Positions 1 to 15,815 of a DNA stretch of 64,000 nt are shown here, piece after piece. Origin of the DNA: Chrysomallon squamiferum (Eukaryota > Animalia > Mollusca); contig CM022676.1 of assembly GCA_012295275.1 (NCBI GenBank), forward strand, positions 2,046,001 through 2,110,000, read 5' to 3'. The translations under genes were made by a program, and so were the position numbers. Position 1 is the first letter of the stretch; every line of letters starts with the position of its first letter. The notes beneath the pieces are model-generated. The model was not told the DNA's origin. It did no database searches and saw nothing but the letters and a program-made list of their open reading frames with translations.

Positions 1-2
1 TT

Positions 3-1394
3 AGAGCCCTTCGGTTAGTGACAGAAGAACTGCTGCGTCCACATCTGGAAGGATGCGAAAGTCACGAGGAGATGCTTGGAGCGCTTGAAAGCATCTCCTT
101 AAGAAGCATCACAACTCAGAACCTGATAAAACCTGTCTTCGTCATGATGGTCTTCGTGCGGGCGGAACGAGAGGCAGACTGGCCACTCCACCTCTGGGCA
201 GTAGAGCAAATGATACCATACTTTTTTGCGTCTGCTCACTTCAACTGCGCGAGATACGGGTTATACTACCTGAGTACAATGAAGCGTCTCCCACCTGAAG
301 TGCTTCAGAGCTTCATGAGAGGTGAACACACCATGCGTCACAAGCCGGGACTGTGGAACGGGATCTGGTCCGACATGTGGATAGAGACAACCTTCATGCG
401 TTATGGGCATGGTCCAAATGGAATCATAGGCATAACCCTGAAGCCCGAAACCCTAAAACGATGGGCATACAGTATGCACACCTGCAGCATGATCATTCAA
501 GATATCGCGGACATGTCCGATGACAGTGAAGAGAGGGAGGTTTCGAGTCATAAAGAAGAGAAGTCATCACGCATCTCTTCGGATTCCAAGGACAGGGACA
601 AGATACGAGATAAACTTCTGACTTGCATCGATCCCCTGGATCCAACTGGTCATCCCGCTGGTTTGGTCAATCTCGTTACTGGTCGGATTGCAGCTGAAAC
701 GGTGAATGCACATGACGCAGTGGATATTGGGAACGGTCAACTTGTGTCATTTGAAAATACCTGGCCTGGCGGATTTAATGCATCCTTATCCAAGTTGGTT
801 GTGACCATGGCAGTGAAGAGAAAGGCAATAAGGGTTGGGAACAATAACGTGTATGACACGAATCTCATTTACTCGCGGGTACTAGGGTTGCAACAGTCTC
901 GAGACATTGATATCAAAACTGTCCTTGCGCATGAACTGTCACCCGTGCCTACCTCAATGTTTGATGATGAAGGCAAAATGAGAATCGCAAATACGAAATC
1001 AACGCTGAAGAAGAATCTGCAGGTGACTGTGTCCCAGCGTTTGGTTGCGAAATCACAGGTAGAAATACTGGATGGATGTGTTATCCTTTGGGTTATAAAC
1101 TGGCCTAATCGAGGAACTGTGGCAGATTTTGACAACGGCTTAACGAGGAATGTGATGAAAAGGGTGGCAAGCCAGGACACAAACCTGATGTTTGATCGCT
1201 ACGTCAACTTCAGCATTAAAAGTGGAACGCGGGCAGCTCGAGCTGGTGACGACGCGAGCCGACGACACAAACTGCAGTTACATACTCCATTGCCACCCCA
1301 GAACGTTGTCCTTACAGTAACTGAGAATATGGTACACGTCATAGATCTGATATGTCAGAATTTGATCCAGAAAGCACAGGACGAGCAGAATTAA
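3..1394 (+). mobile_element. 3' part of a large uncharacterised intronless ORF, probably from a DNA-transposon-like element; open at the window start and truncated at the 3' end
   Basis: Frame is open from position 3 (RALRLVTEELL...). Clearly more GC-rich than the flanks, no introns. Motifs RAEREADWPLHL, WSDMWIETTFMRYG and HELSPVPTSMFD recall a repetitive invertebrate hypothetical-protein family (from memory, not searched). The C-terminal ILDG...FDRY...SIKSGTR resembles PIN/FEN1-type nuclease motifs (inference). Coding-like sequence (HSLVITS) continues briefly after the TAA, then drops into AT-rich repeat. Confidence 0.5.
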
Positions 1395-1469
1395 CACAGT
1401 CTGGTCATTACCTCTACTGACTCTGTAAGGGAACATACAAGCGTTATGACAACAATCATACTTATATAT

Positions 1470-1863
1470 GTCTCCTGAATAGATGAACAGAATAATCGTA
1501 ATTATTTATATTCCATTTAGATGAAGAGAATCGACATTACTTGCCTCTTCCAAACTGATGATAAGAATAATCGTAGTTATTGATGTGTTTCAATTAAATG
1601 ATGGAAATAATCGTAATTATTATTTTCCTAAAGAGGTGAAGAGAATAATCGTAATTATTTATATTCCACTTAGATGAAGAAAATCGTAACTACCTACGTC
1701 TTCCGGACTCATGATGAGAAGGATCGTAGTTATTTACGTATTTCAACTAGACGATGAGAAAAGTGATCGTCATTACTATATTTTCCAAACTGATGATGAG
1801 AATAGTCGTGTTATTGATGTTTGAACCAGATGAAGAAAATAATCGTAATTACTCACGTCTTCT
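1470..1863. repeat. Degenerate ~38-bp tandem repeat with ~153-bp higher-order period
   Basis: Core GATGA(A/T)GAGAATAATCGTAATTA recurs about 10 times. AATAATCGTAATTATTTATATTCCA is found at 1491 and 1644. Confidence 0.75.
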
Positions 1864-1939
1864 AACAACAAATTGTTCGGTGTGGGGATGAGGTTTGTGT
1901 TAGGAGAAAGTTTGATGTTTATTCATCAACGTGTGTATT

Positions 1940-2215
<276 letters not shown>

Positions 2216-2217
2216 TA

Positions 2218-2401
2218 CTGATGTACGTCGAGTAACAAGTGCTCCAACTTACGAGTTTTTCGAGCTGTGGTTTTGGTTGGCTGGAACGGAACAATAATAT
2301 TTCTATTAAATTCATTTGGTAAAACTGATTTGATATACGAGGAAATTGAGTTACGAACTCGGTCACGGAACGAACTGATCTCGTAAATCAAGGTACCACT
2401 G
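2218..2401. mobile_element. Tigger/pogo-like MITE remnant
   Basis: Right end reverse-complements to CAGTGGTACCTTGATTTACGAG, a Tigger-type TIR. Left end CTGATGTACGTCGAGTAACAAG matches 14/22. TA on both sides (2216-17 and 2402-03). Confidence 0.6.
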
Positions 2402-2569
2402 TAGACTACAAAGAAAACAGCTTTGTGAAGGAACTGGTGTTAGATTGGGAAATATCTTAATTACTTTTCCGAGAAGGAGAGATTAGTCGACATTCAGTGT
2501 GTTAAATAATACGAAGTCTGCACAGATAAGAGTTCACCTGTCAGACGATGTCTTCAAACGATAATAATC

Positions 2570-2645
2570 TGACAAGTGTTAGTGGCTAAGATATCCACTC
2601 TTTAACTAGCAGGTACTGGGATCGAGTCTTCTATCCAGATATCTA
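2570..2645 (+). mobile_element. Possible degenerate tRNA-derived SINE head
   Basis: A-box-like TAGTGGCTAAG and B-box-like GGATCGAGTC at tRNA-like spacing; no clean cloverleaf. Confidence 0.3.
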
Positions 2646-2915
2646 AAGCAATTGCGTGGCCCTTTCAAGTTTTGTGTGATTTCCTTGTCTGATCAAACCA
2701 CTGAGTCTAAATGTTTCTTTGGTACACGTGGTAAAATTACAAGAATAGTATTCGTGGTTTAACATTTAGCTGACTGTGTTTTAAAAACTGTTTGTTGAAT
2801 TACTGAATAACCGAACCATCTGTAAGCGAAACATTAAATATCAATAATAATAATAATAAATAATAATAAAAATACAATTAAGAAAAACAAAACACAAAAC
2901 ATCTACTGCTACTAA

Positions 2916-2946
<31 letters not shown>

Positions 2947-3134
2947 CAACAGACATAAAAATACCTAATAAAAAATGAAAATAATATAATAATAATAATA
3001 ATTATAAAAATAAAAAAAAAATAAAAATATTAAAATAACACTAACGATGATAATAATTTATTTTAAATTCATATTTATTGTAAAACTTTATTGGTAATTT
3101 ATTTCTGTTTGTTTTTACATAAAAATGTTTTAAC

Positions 3135-3885
<751 letters not shown>

Positions 3886-4220
3886 ATACCTTACATTTGA
3901 TTTCAATTTTATCATAACAAAATTTTTATTCCAGGTAGTAGTCTTCTTTCACTTCTGAAACATTATTATTAATTTATTTCAGTTTGTTTTTACATAAATA
4001 TGTGTTAACATGAACAAATCAGAATTGTCAGAAATACACTTATCCCAATTATATCTCTTTTAATAACATGAAATTAATGATGAATTAGGACAGAATACAG
4101 TCTAATATGTAATGATGTAAGAAGTTCCATGTCATATACAAATTATTTGGATGCAGACTGAATCATTTTCTAATCAGTCACAAAACTGGTTTCCTTCAAC
4201 TGTAGTTTACCAACTGAAAT

Positions 4221-5305
4221 TTAAATTAAGAATTTTAATCCTGGTATTTGTCCTTCATTAACACAGGTTGTGTTGGTAGCCAGTGAACTGTGTTTGCATT
4301 TTTGATAGTCTGAAAATACACAAGTAAAGTTACCAGATTTCACATTCCATCTTCCTCTTACACCTTTGAAATATGTCACTCCCTTAATTCTGACAATCAA
4401 ATTGTACTTGGTATACTTGTGTAGCTGTACAGGGGTGGGAAAGTTGACGTCATAGAAAGCAGTGTCTGCGGAAACTGGGGATAAGCAAGCCGATTCAAAA
4501 ACAATTTCATCAGTGGACATTTCACAAACTGAAACACTGACTGTGTGTTTCTCTGAAGAGTTGCTCGGGTTACCATACAACTGTAAACCTTGAAATAAAG
4601 CATCGGTGTTCAGCCAGAAGATTATTCCTTCATCACATTTTCCACTTCGGTTCAATTCTTCATGAACAAAGTTTTCAAATCTACTGATGAAAATGGGCTT
4701 CAGATTTCCAGATCTCCGAATCGAATTAAATGGAGAAACATCGCAGTTCGGATACACGAACGATCGAAGAATTTTATTTCGTTCAGACTCTGTAAGCAGT
4801 TTTGTAGGAAACACGTTATTGTGGAAGGTAACCTGAATCAAGCAAAGGAAATCGAATTAGATACAGATTTTCATCGAGTACTTGGCGTCTGTTTTCTGGA
4901 GTTATCGCTCTTTGTTGTCGTCTGCATTTAGTTTCACTCCACTTCATGGATGTTTCAAAAACTGACTCCTCGCTGGCGTTCAGGCCATCGGGTTGAATTA
5001 CCTTTCTGAAACAATCACGACAAAGATCAGAGAAACTGTCAGACTTCAGTACGTCTTCACCATTCTTCCAAATAAATGTCAGACATTTCTTCATCAAGTC
5101 CTCTTCAGAATACAGATGAGCCTGTTCTAGAAAAACACAGACGTTACGTGACGTCAGCGACGACTCCATGAAGGCTAAACATTTGTTTGTCAGATCTGTG
5201 ATCTCGTATTTCTTAGAGGCATAAAGCAACCCAGTGACATTGCTGCCAGTAATGATGACGTCATCTGTATACACGAATCTGTAATATTAAAAGCTTTTAA
5301 AAGTT

Positions 5306-5400
<95 letters not shown>

Positions 5401-5961
5401 AATGGATGGACAACGTCAGGTTTTAAGTACTAGTTCAAACTTGTATTGTGCTTGTGTAGTTGTGGTGCAGTATTGTTTTCCTTTATTGTGAAAAACATTT
5501 GAGAAATGAAATAATCAGCATATGGATCTAAATCATTTTAAATATATCAGAGATATAAGCATTGAACAATACATTTATCTAACAAATACTCTGAAGATTA
5601 AGGTAAATAATAATAATAAAAAAAAAAAAAAAACTTTATTGTTCAAATTTAAGAAGGTTTAGAAAGTCATTTTTGGAAGAATAAAAGTATCTTACGTTAG
5701 AAATGCTTCAAAAATGTCAGGTTCGATGTCTGGTATGGAAATATATCCTTGTTGTGGTAGCAGTTCTGTGATCAAGTCGAAGAAGACAGAACTGCGCAAA
5801 CTCAGGATCAGTCTGTGTGCCTCTATACATTTCCTTTGTTGTCCAACAGTGAAAGTGACGTCACAGAAAATGTGTTTTTGCAGAGAATGTCTCAGGGATT
5901 CAATCATCGACTTTCCTTTTTGCCAGTTTTGAGTACAACTAGACATTTCATATTTTGCCAT
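4221..5961 (-). CDS. BTB-BACK-PHR protein (BTBD1/2/3/6-like), copy 1; one +1 frameshift (pseudogene or sequence error); ~440 aa if repaired
   Basis: Exon 5961-5696 (CDVTFTVG..IEAHRLILSLRSSVF..IPDIEPDIF; donor GTAAG) and exon 5278-4221 (FVYTD..LLYASKKY, BACK EESVFETSMKW..YLIRFPLL, PHR ending GQIPGLKF). One extra base near 4824 relative to copy 2 (TACCTTCCAC vs TACCTCGAC). An acceptor AG about 25 nt upstream of the ATG indicates a non-coding first exon. Confidence 0.88.
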
Positions 5962-7092
5962 TTTATTTACTCATTGAGATGAACCTGGCGGAAAAAAATA
6001 AAATAATAATAATACAAAAATACAGTTGTATGAGTGTGTACCATAGATAGATATTCACATGTAGACAAATACATGTACACATGCTCGAATGCCGAAGACT
6101 CGGTATACACTCAAATCCAAACAAACAACATACACACAGGCACACTCACACATAACACGCACACATACAGAAATATACAGTTACATATCTTTATTTACAT
6201 AAAAAAAAAACATACAAAACACACAGAAAATATACGGCAGACACATAAAAATACGGACGCAGATACAGACAAAGCTCACAGAAATACACATTTACGCACA
6301 CACATACAGACACACACATACACACAGCTACAACACGCCCACACACTCACATAGGCATTCAACGACAAAACAGACTTTCATATATGAACAACTTATACAG
6401 CCACCTAAACGCACACGCACGCACTCACACACGTATCTACAGTTAATAGATTGAGAAATCCAGTCACTTTATGGCACTCATTAATTACTCTGTTGAAATA
6501 TAAAAATAAGAACAAAAAATAATAATAAATAAATGAAATAAAATGTACGTGCATTTCACCATTCTACGGATCCAGATCTTTTTTTTTTGTCCTTATCTTC
6601 ATCTATATCTGTCTATCTATCTTTCCATCTATCTATCTATCTATTACATTTTAGAGATTCAGGCTACGACTCCTTGATAAACAGATAACAATACTGAGAA
6701 TAGAAAAGTTTACAAAGAATAATAATTAGAATAACGAAGGAAAAAGAAAATAAAATACCCGTACTTATGGGGGAAAAAAAAAAAAGTACTCTTAATAAAT
6801 ATTAGATCTAAATTTCAAAATTTTCAAAACTTTGTGTAACTGATAACTGAATTTGGAATCAAACAGTGTAACTGTGCTACAGTTTTAAATGACAATGTTG
6901 TTTAATGGACTCTGTGACATGAATGAAAAGGCGTCACGTAAATAAATAGTTCGTTGAGACGTTTTCTTTTAAATAACAAAGAAAAACGAAATTTATAAGA
7001 AATAACGTTATTAGTTATATTAATAAATAGCTAGAACAAACGTCACAACAGAAAATACGGGTATTAATCAATCGTAATAAAATATATCAGTG

Positions 7093-7200
7093 TTTACCTG
7101 TAGTTTTATTCTGAAATTACTTCCTTGTTCACGACTGACCCACTTTCTGTTTCAGCTGAGATATTTATAAACAGTAACTAAATAAATCTCAGTTGGGGAA
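7093..7200 (-). promoter_or_regulatory. Putative proximal promoter / non-coding first exon of BTB copy 1 (IRF site, ETS core, splice donor)
   Basis: On the minus strand: GAAACAGAAAGT (7142-7153), AGGAAGT (~7119-7125), then CAG|GTAAAC donor at 7098/7097. Homologous modules occur upstream of the other copies. Confidence 0.6.
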
Positions 7201-7262
7201 AAATATTCTTGCTATATATATATATACATAAATGTAATAAAATAACGTGTATATGTTGTCGT

Positions 7263-7323
<61 letters not shown>

Positions 7324-7489
7324 TGTGTGTCGATGAGGGAGTTTTATGTGTGTTAGTGAGTGCACATGTGAATTTGTGTGTTACCTGCTGACACAGTCAA
7401 TTTCAGATCCCACTAATATTTCTGAAAATATCGGAATTTCCACATTACTAATACTATTTAATTAAATAAATACAAGATATCAGTATTTA

Positions 7490-7800
7490 AACCTACCTGT
7501 ATCGTTCTGTCGCTAGTATTTCACAACTGAAACTACTTCCTTGTACACGATTGACTTTCCGAGAAATGAGAACAGTATAACCTAGTTTCTGTTTCTGATG
7601 AAATATTTGTAAACAATAATAAAAACAATATCAGTGAAATGTTTCTGAATAATAAGAAAGGTATTCGTTAGATATAGAAATATAATGAACAAATAAATTA
7701 TAATATTAAATATATCTAATAAATAATGACGTAGTCGAGTATTTCACCTAAAAGACCTTTGACCTGGTTCATTTCAGGAGAGATAACTCAAGAGAATAAA
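7490..7800 (-). promoter_or_regulatory. Putative distal promoter / first exon of BTB copy 1 (ISRE, GAS, ETS, donor; DR1-like and GATA sites upstream)
   Basis: AGTTTCTGTTTC at 7584-7595, TTCCGAGAA at 7557-7565, ACTTCC core, donor CAG|GTAGGT at 7497/7496, AGACCTTTGACCT at 7753-7765, AGATAA at ~7781. Confidence 0.65.
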
Positions 7801-7890
7801 TCACTGAACAGTATCTTTCAGTAAATTAGTTTTCATTGGTGACAGAAGTAACGTGTTGGAATAAACTCAGGACAATTCACAGTACTAACA

Positions 7891-8217
7891 AACACAGTTT
7901 AGATGTAATGTTTATTTAAAACAGTTTAGACGTAATGTTTATTTAACACATTTTAGTCATAACGTTTATTTAACACAGTTTAGTGGTAATGCTTATTTAA
8001 CACAGTTTAGTTGTAATGTTTATTTAACACAGTTTAGGCGTAATATTTATTTAACACAGTTTAGTCGTAATATTTATATAACACACTTTAGTCATAATTT
8101 TGATGTAACACAGTTTAGTTGTAATGTTGATGCAGCACACTTTAATTGTAATGTTGATGTAACACAGTTTAATCGTGATGTTTGTGTAACACAGTTTAGT
8201 TGTAATGTTTATTTAAC
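7891..8217. repeat. 27-bp VNTR (AACACAGTTTAGTCGTAATGTTTATTT), ~12 copies
   Basis: 27-bp period (7891, 7918...). Shorter homologous arrays at ~13318-13508, ~20690-20795 and, inverted, ~53680-53735. Confidence 0.85.
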
Positions 8218-9116
8218 TGCTCTAATCACTGTACATTTCCTATTTTCAAAGACTTTTTACAACAGTTACTTGGTTAATAGTTAGTGAGGAATGATTTAGT
8301 TTCGCGTACGTAAATGACAAATATCTTTCTTAAAAAGAATAAAAATCCAGGATAGACGTGCATTTGTCGATTATATGAACAATAAAGGTCCTTTTCTCAT
8401 ATTCCATATAATTACGTTCTAGAATTTCACATAGCAACCCCTTGATAAACAGCTAACAAGGATGTGACTGGAAAAGTTAACAGTTCAGCAGGCAATTTTG
8501 TTTTCAAGGCAATAAATTGGTGACAAAGTCGTTTGCCTTTCTGATTTGATTTAGTTTGTAATATTGCTGGTTTTAACTGATAATTAGAGAAATCATTCAA
8601 TTAATATAAAAATGTTAAATTCGCCATTAGTCGTATAGTAGTAATCTATTCTATAACTACCTTTGACAGTAATAATTCTATCCCCTAAAATGTTTGTCCC
8701 ATTATGTTGCTGCTACAGTGATAGCAACTAAGAATTGTGCTTTAAACTTAGCTTACATTCGGTTTTATAAACTTGAAAGTCTGCAAATTTGAGATAGTTA
8801 TCTTGCTTTTTTAACGAGATATAAGCATTTAATAACTGTCCATCAAGGTCTCTGACTCAGTAAAGCCTGAAACAGGGGATAAAATTTGCTCAAAGTTTTG
8901 GAAGTTAAAACTGCTGTAACTTGGTTATTTTCAAGTTATTATCATAAACACGACATAATTATTTCTGTTTTAATAACATGAATTAGGACAGATGACAGTC
9001 TAGTATGTGAATGACGTAACAAATTACATGTCATATTTCAGTTATTGTGATGCAGATTAAATGATCTTCTATCACAAAGTTCGTTTTCTTGAAACTGTTG
9101 TTTACTAAGCCAAAAT

Positions 9117-11105
<1,989 letters not shown>

Positions 11106-11976
11106 TGTATTTATTTACTGACGTTAGGCTGGGAAAAAGAAAAAAAGAAATGTATCTGAGTGCGTACTGTAGATATCTGTTCACATGTAGACAAATAAAT
11201 GTAAAAACACACATTCACTGAGACACGCACACGCACACATTAACAGACACACATATCTAGATAGGTGAACACCCAACAGGCACAAATACTGAAATATAAA
11301 GAATTACATACATTTATCCACACAAAATACACCCATCGAACTGACATTCAAAACACACACATGCATAGAAAATCATCGGCCAGACACATAAAACATACGG
11401 GCACAGATATAGACAAAGCTCATAGAAATACACATTTGCACAAACACACATAGGGACACATACACACACACGGAGACATACCGCAAGCAAACACACTCAC
11501 ACACAGATACAACGAACAAATAGAAACAGTTTCATGTATGAACAACTTGCAGACACACCCAAACACATACGCTCGCACTCACACGATACATATGGGTAAA
11601 TCAGTCATTTTATATCGCACCCATTTATTACTCTCCTTTGACATATAATGTTCAGATTGTTGGAATTTATTAATTAGTTCGATCTATTGGCAGACATTAA
11701 GAATTGCCAGTTTGTACGAAACTAAGATCATACTAACAAAAAAATTGTTTTAAACAGCACATTTTATCAGCTTTAAATCTGGGTTGTTCTCATTGGAGTG
11801 TTACTCATCTTAATGCGTTATTGTAATTATATGATATAAAAATACTAACACAATAAAAATAGTCTCAATATTATTATTATAATTATTATTATTATTATTA
11901 TTATCATTATTATAACTGTTTTTTTTTGTTGTTGTTGTTACTGTTGTTATTATCGTTATTGTTGTTACTATTATTA

Positions 11977-12025
<49 letters not shown>

Positions 12026-12574
12026 TGTTGTTGTTGTTGTTACTGTTAAACATACAATAAAGGAATGAATCTAACGGTATATGAAAGAAATATCAGAGTT
12101 CACCATCTCAGTTATATTTTATGTTTGTTTTAGTTGATAGTCAACTCAAGTCTCACCAAAATGAAATGTCGTAATAATAATAATAATAATAATAATAACG
12201 AAAGAAAATTTAAAAGTAATAATAAAAAGTGAAAGCAAAAAAAAAAAAAAAAAAAAAAAAAAACGTATTTATAATTATTGAATAAAAGTACTCTTAATAA
12301 AGATTAGATATATATTTCAAAATCACGTAAACTTTGTATAACTGATAACTGAATTTGGATCCAAACAGTATAATTCACCTACAGCTTTTTACAACAATTT
12401 TTATTAATGGCCTATGTGACATAAATGTAATCTCGTCACGTAAATAAATATTTCATAAATAACAAAGGAAAACGAACTTGATAAGAAATAACGTTATTGA
12501 TTGTGTTAATAAATATCTAGACCAGACGTTACAGCAGAAAATACAGGTATTAATTAATAGTAATACAATGTATG

Positions 12575-13220
12575 AGTATTTACCTGCAGTGTTTCGGTTC
12601 TGAAATTACTTCCTTGGTAACAACTGACCCAGTTTCTGTTTCAGCTTAGATATTTATAAACAGTAACTAAATAAATCTCATTTGGAGAAAAATATTCTTG
12701 ATATATATAAAAAATTGTAATAAAAAATGTGTATATGTGTGCCTGTGTGTTCGTGTGTGAAAGAGTTTTTCTGCGTGTTAATGTGTGTGTACGTGTGAAT
12801 TTGAGTGTTACATGATGACAAAATCTATTTTCGACCCCACTAATATTATTTAATGAAAATATCCGAATTTCCACACTACTAATATTATTTCATTAAAGTA
12901 ATACCAGTATTTAAACCTACCTGTATCATTCTGTCGCTAGTATTTCACAACTGAAACTACTTCCTTGTATGCGACTGACTTTCCGAGAAATCAATAATAT
13001 AAAACCTAGTTTTTGTTTCAGTTGAAATATTTGTAAACAATAACTTAACAGTTATCAGTGAAATATTTATGAATAATAAGAAAACATAGTCCTTAGATAT
13101 AAAAGTATAATAAAATAATAAATTATAATATTGCATATATCTAATAAACAATTATCGATTCGAGTATTTCACCTAAATGACCTTTGACCTGGATTATTTC
13201 AGGAGAGATAAGTCTTGAGA
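12575..13220 (-). promoter_or_regulatory. Tandem promoter / first-exon modules of BTB copy 2
   Basis: AGTTTCTGTTTC at 12631-12642; TTCCGAGAA at 12981-12989; AGTTTTTGTTTC at 13008-13019; donors CAG|GTAAAT (~12584) and CAG|GTAGGT (~12921); perfect TGACCTTTGACCT at 13178-13190. Confidence 0.65.
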
Positions 13221-14449
13221 AATAAATCAGTAAACAGTAGCGGTTACCAAATTATTTTTGACTGGTGACAATGTTAAAGTGTTTGAATAAACAGAGGACA
13301 ATTTATAAGTGCTACCAAACACAGTTTAGTCGTAATGTTTATTTATCACAATTTAGTCGTTATATTTATTTATCACAGTTTAATCCTAATATTTATTTAT
13401 CACAGTTCAGTGGTATTGTTTATATACTCAGTTTAGTCGTAATGTTTATTTAAGACAGTTTAATCGTAAACTTTATATAACAGAGTTTAGTCGTAATGTT
13501 TATTTAACAACAACAATAACAACACGGTAGTGGTTATACTGTAAATTTCCAAATTTATTTTAATAGATATAAGCGATTTTCCACAGCAAGTACTTCATCA
13601 ATATTTAATGAAGAATGATTCAATTTTATTAAAACCTGCAAATTTACTAAGCGTAATTTTGTATACCTTTTAAACATTAGCATCATTAATCTTTGGCGCA
13701 ACTAGGTAAAAAAAAAAAAAAAAAAATATAGAAAAAAAAGAGAAATCTTTCTTAACACAAACAGGATGAAAATCCAGGCCGGACGTTTCTGCAATTCACA
13801 ATTCTACGGATAAAGATCAATTTTGTGTTTATCTTTTCTTTTTTATTCCCATGGTAATTACGTTCTAGAGCTTCATGTTACGACTCCTTGGTAAACAGCT
13901 AACAACACTGTGAATTGAAAAGTTTACAAAGATAATCTTATCTTTAAACTAATAAACTACTGATAAAGTCATTTGTCTTTTTGAATATCACCGAGAGTAG
14001 TCTAATCTGTGCAAGTGTCACGTGACAACTCGTCAAATGTATTTTATAACTACCCTTCATAATAACAATGTTCTACTCAGAAAATTATGTGCCATTACTT
14101 TTTGTTCATTAAGAGATCGCTATTAATTAATTAATTAATTTGATATAACATTAGCTTATATACAATTTTATGAAGTTCATACAGGTACCTTGCTGTTTTT
14201 AGAGAGATTATAAGAAGTGAATGTCTTTCATCACGGTATTTGTCTCAAGAAAACTTCAAATTCTAGACCAAGAATGACCGAAATTTTCGCAAGTTAAAGC
14301 TGCTGTCACTGTGTTATTTTCAAGTTATTATCGTAAATATGATCTCATTTGATTTTAGATGGAAAGTTTTGTGTGTGTAGAGGACTACATGTTAAGGCCT
14401 ATCACAACAACACCAGTATTATTTAATTAAAGTAAAATAAAATATCAGT

Positions 14450-14620
14450 ATTTAGACCTACCTGTAACGTTCTGTCACTGGTATTTCACAACTGAAATTA
14501 CTTTGTCGTACACGACTGTCTTTTCGAGAAATCAGAACAGTAAAACCTAGTTTCTATTTCAGCTGAAAGATGTACAAACAATAAGAAAAGAAATGTCAGT
14601 TAAAAGTTTATGAATAATAA
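14450..14620 (-). promoter_or_regulatory. Third, far-upstream module copy
   Basis: AGTTTCTATTTC at 14549-14560, degenerate GAS (TTTCGAGAA), intact donor CAG|GTAGGT at ~14461; ETS core mutated. Confidence 0.45.
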
Positions 14621-15023
14621 GAAAAGTATTCCTTTGGTATAAAAATAATAATTACAAAAATAAAAATATTTAACAAATAATTATCGAATTGAGTATTTGG
14701 TTGAGCTCAGGTTAGATAACTCAATATAATATTTTAATAAATAATATCTTTCACTAAATGATTTATCATAGGTGACAAAGTTACAATACTGACATAAACT
14801 AATAGTTATTAATAAATATTTAGTAGCTATCACAAATAATTTAGTTGTGTCTCTTCATAAGAGGAATTTCTTAAATTCATTTTATAATATTAAATTTAGC
14901 AGTTTTTATCACAACATGTTGTTATGTTTACTTTTGTTGTTGTTAAAACAACAACAATACTAATAATAATAATAACAACTACTACTACTACTTCTACAAC
15001 CAATAACATTAATATTATTATAA

Positions 15024-15061
<38 letters not shown>

Positions 15062-15815
15062 TATTACAATTATTACATTTTTTTTTTGAAGAATTATAAT
15101 TTTTTTTTACATATTTGATACATGTTTAATACATTATTTTATATACTTGGTCCATTTGATATATATGCAGAGCAGTATTTTATATACCTAGTACATTTGT
15201 TTCGTATATAGAATATAATTTTATGTAAATACTACATTTAGTGCATATTTAGAACATTATTTTGTATACTTAGTATATTTATTACACATTTAAAACATCA
15301 TTTTATATATCTAGGACATTTGATATTTATATTTAACATGATTTTATTTACTTAATATATTTGATACATAGAAAATTGATTTATAGATTTAGAACATTTA
15401 GTGGATATTCAGAACATTATTTTATATGCTTATTCGACTTAATGCATATTTAGAGTATTATTCTATATTCACAGTAATTTAATGTATTACCCGAAGTTCA
15501 GTTTTATTATAAGAATAATTTTTACCCAGGTATTAGTCACTTTTCACTTGTGGAACTTTAATATTAATGTATTTCAATTTGTTTTTACATAAAGATGTTT
15601 TAACATTAACACATCAGAATGTAAAGAAAAATACGTATCCCAATTATATCTGTTTTAATAACATGAAATTAATGATGAATTAGGACACAATACAGTCTAA
15701 TATGTAATGATGTAAGAAGTTCCATGTCATATACAAGTTATTCAGATGCAGATTGAATCATTTTCTAATCAGTCACAAAACTGGTTTCCTTCAACTGTAG
15801 TTTACCAACTGAAAT

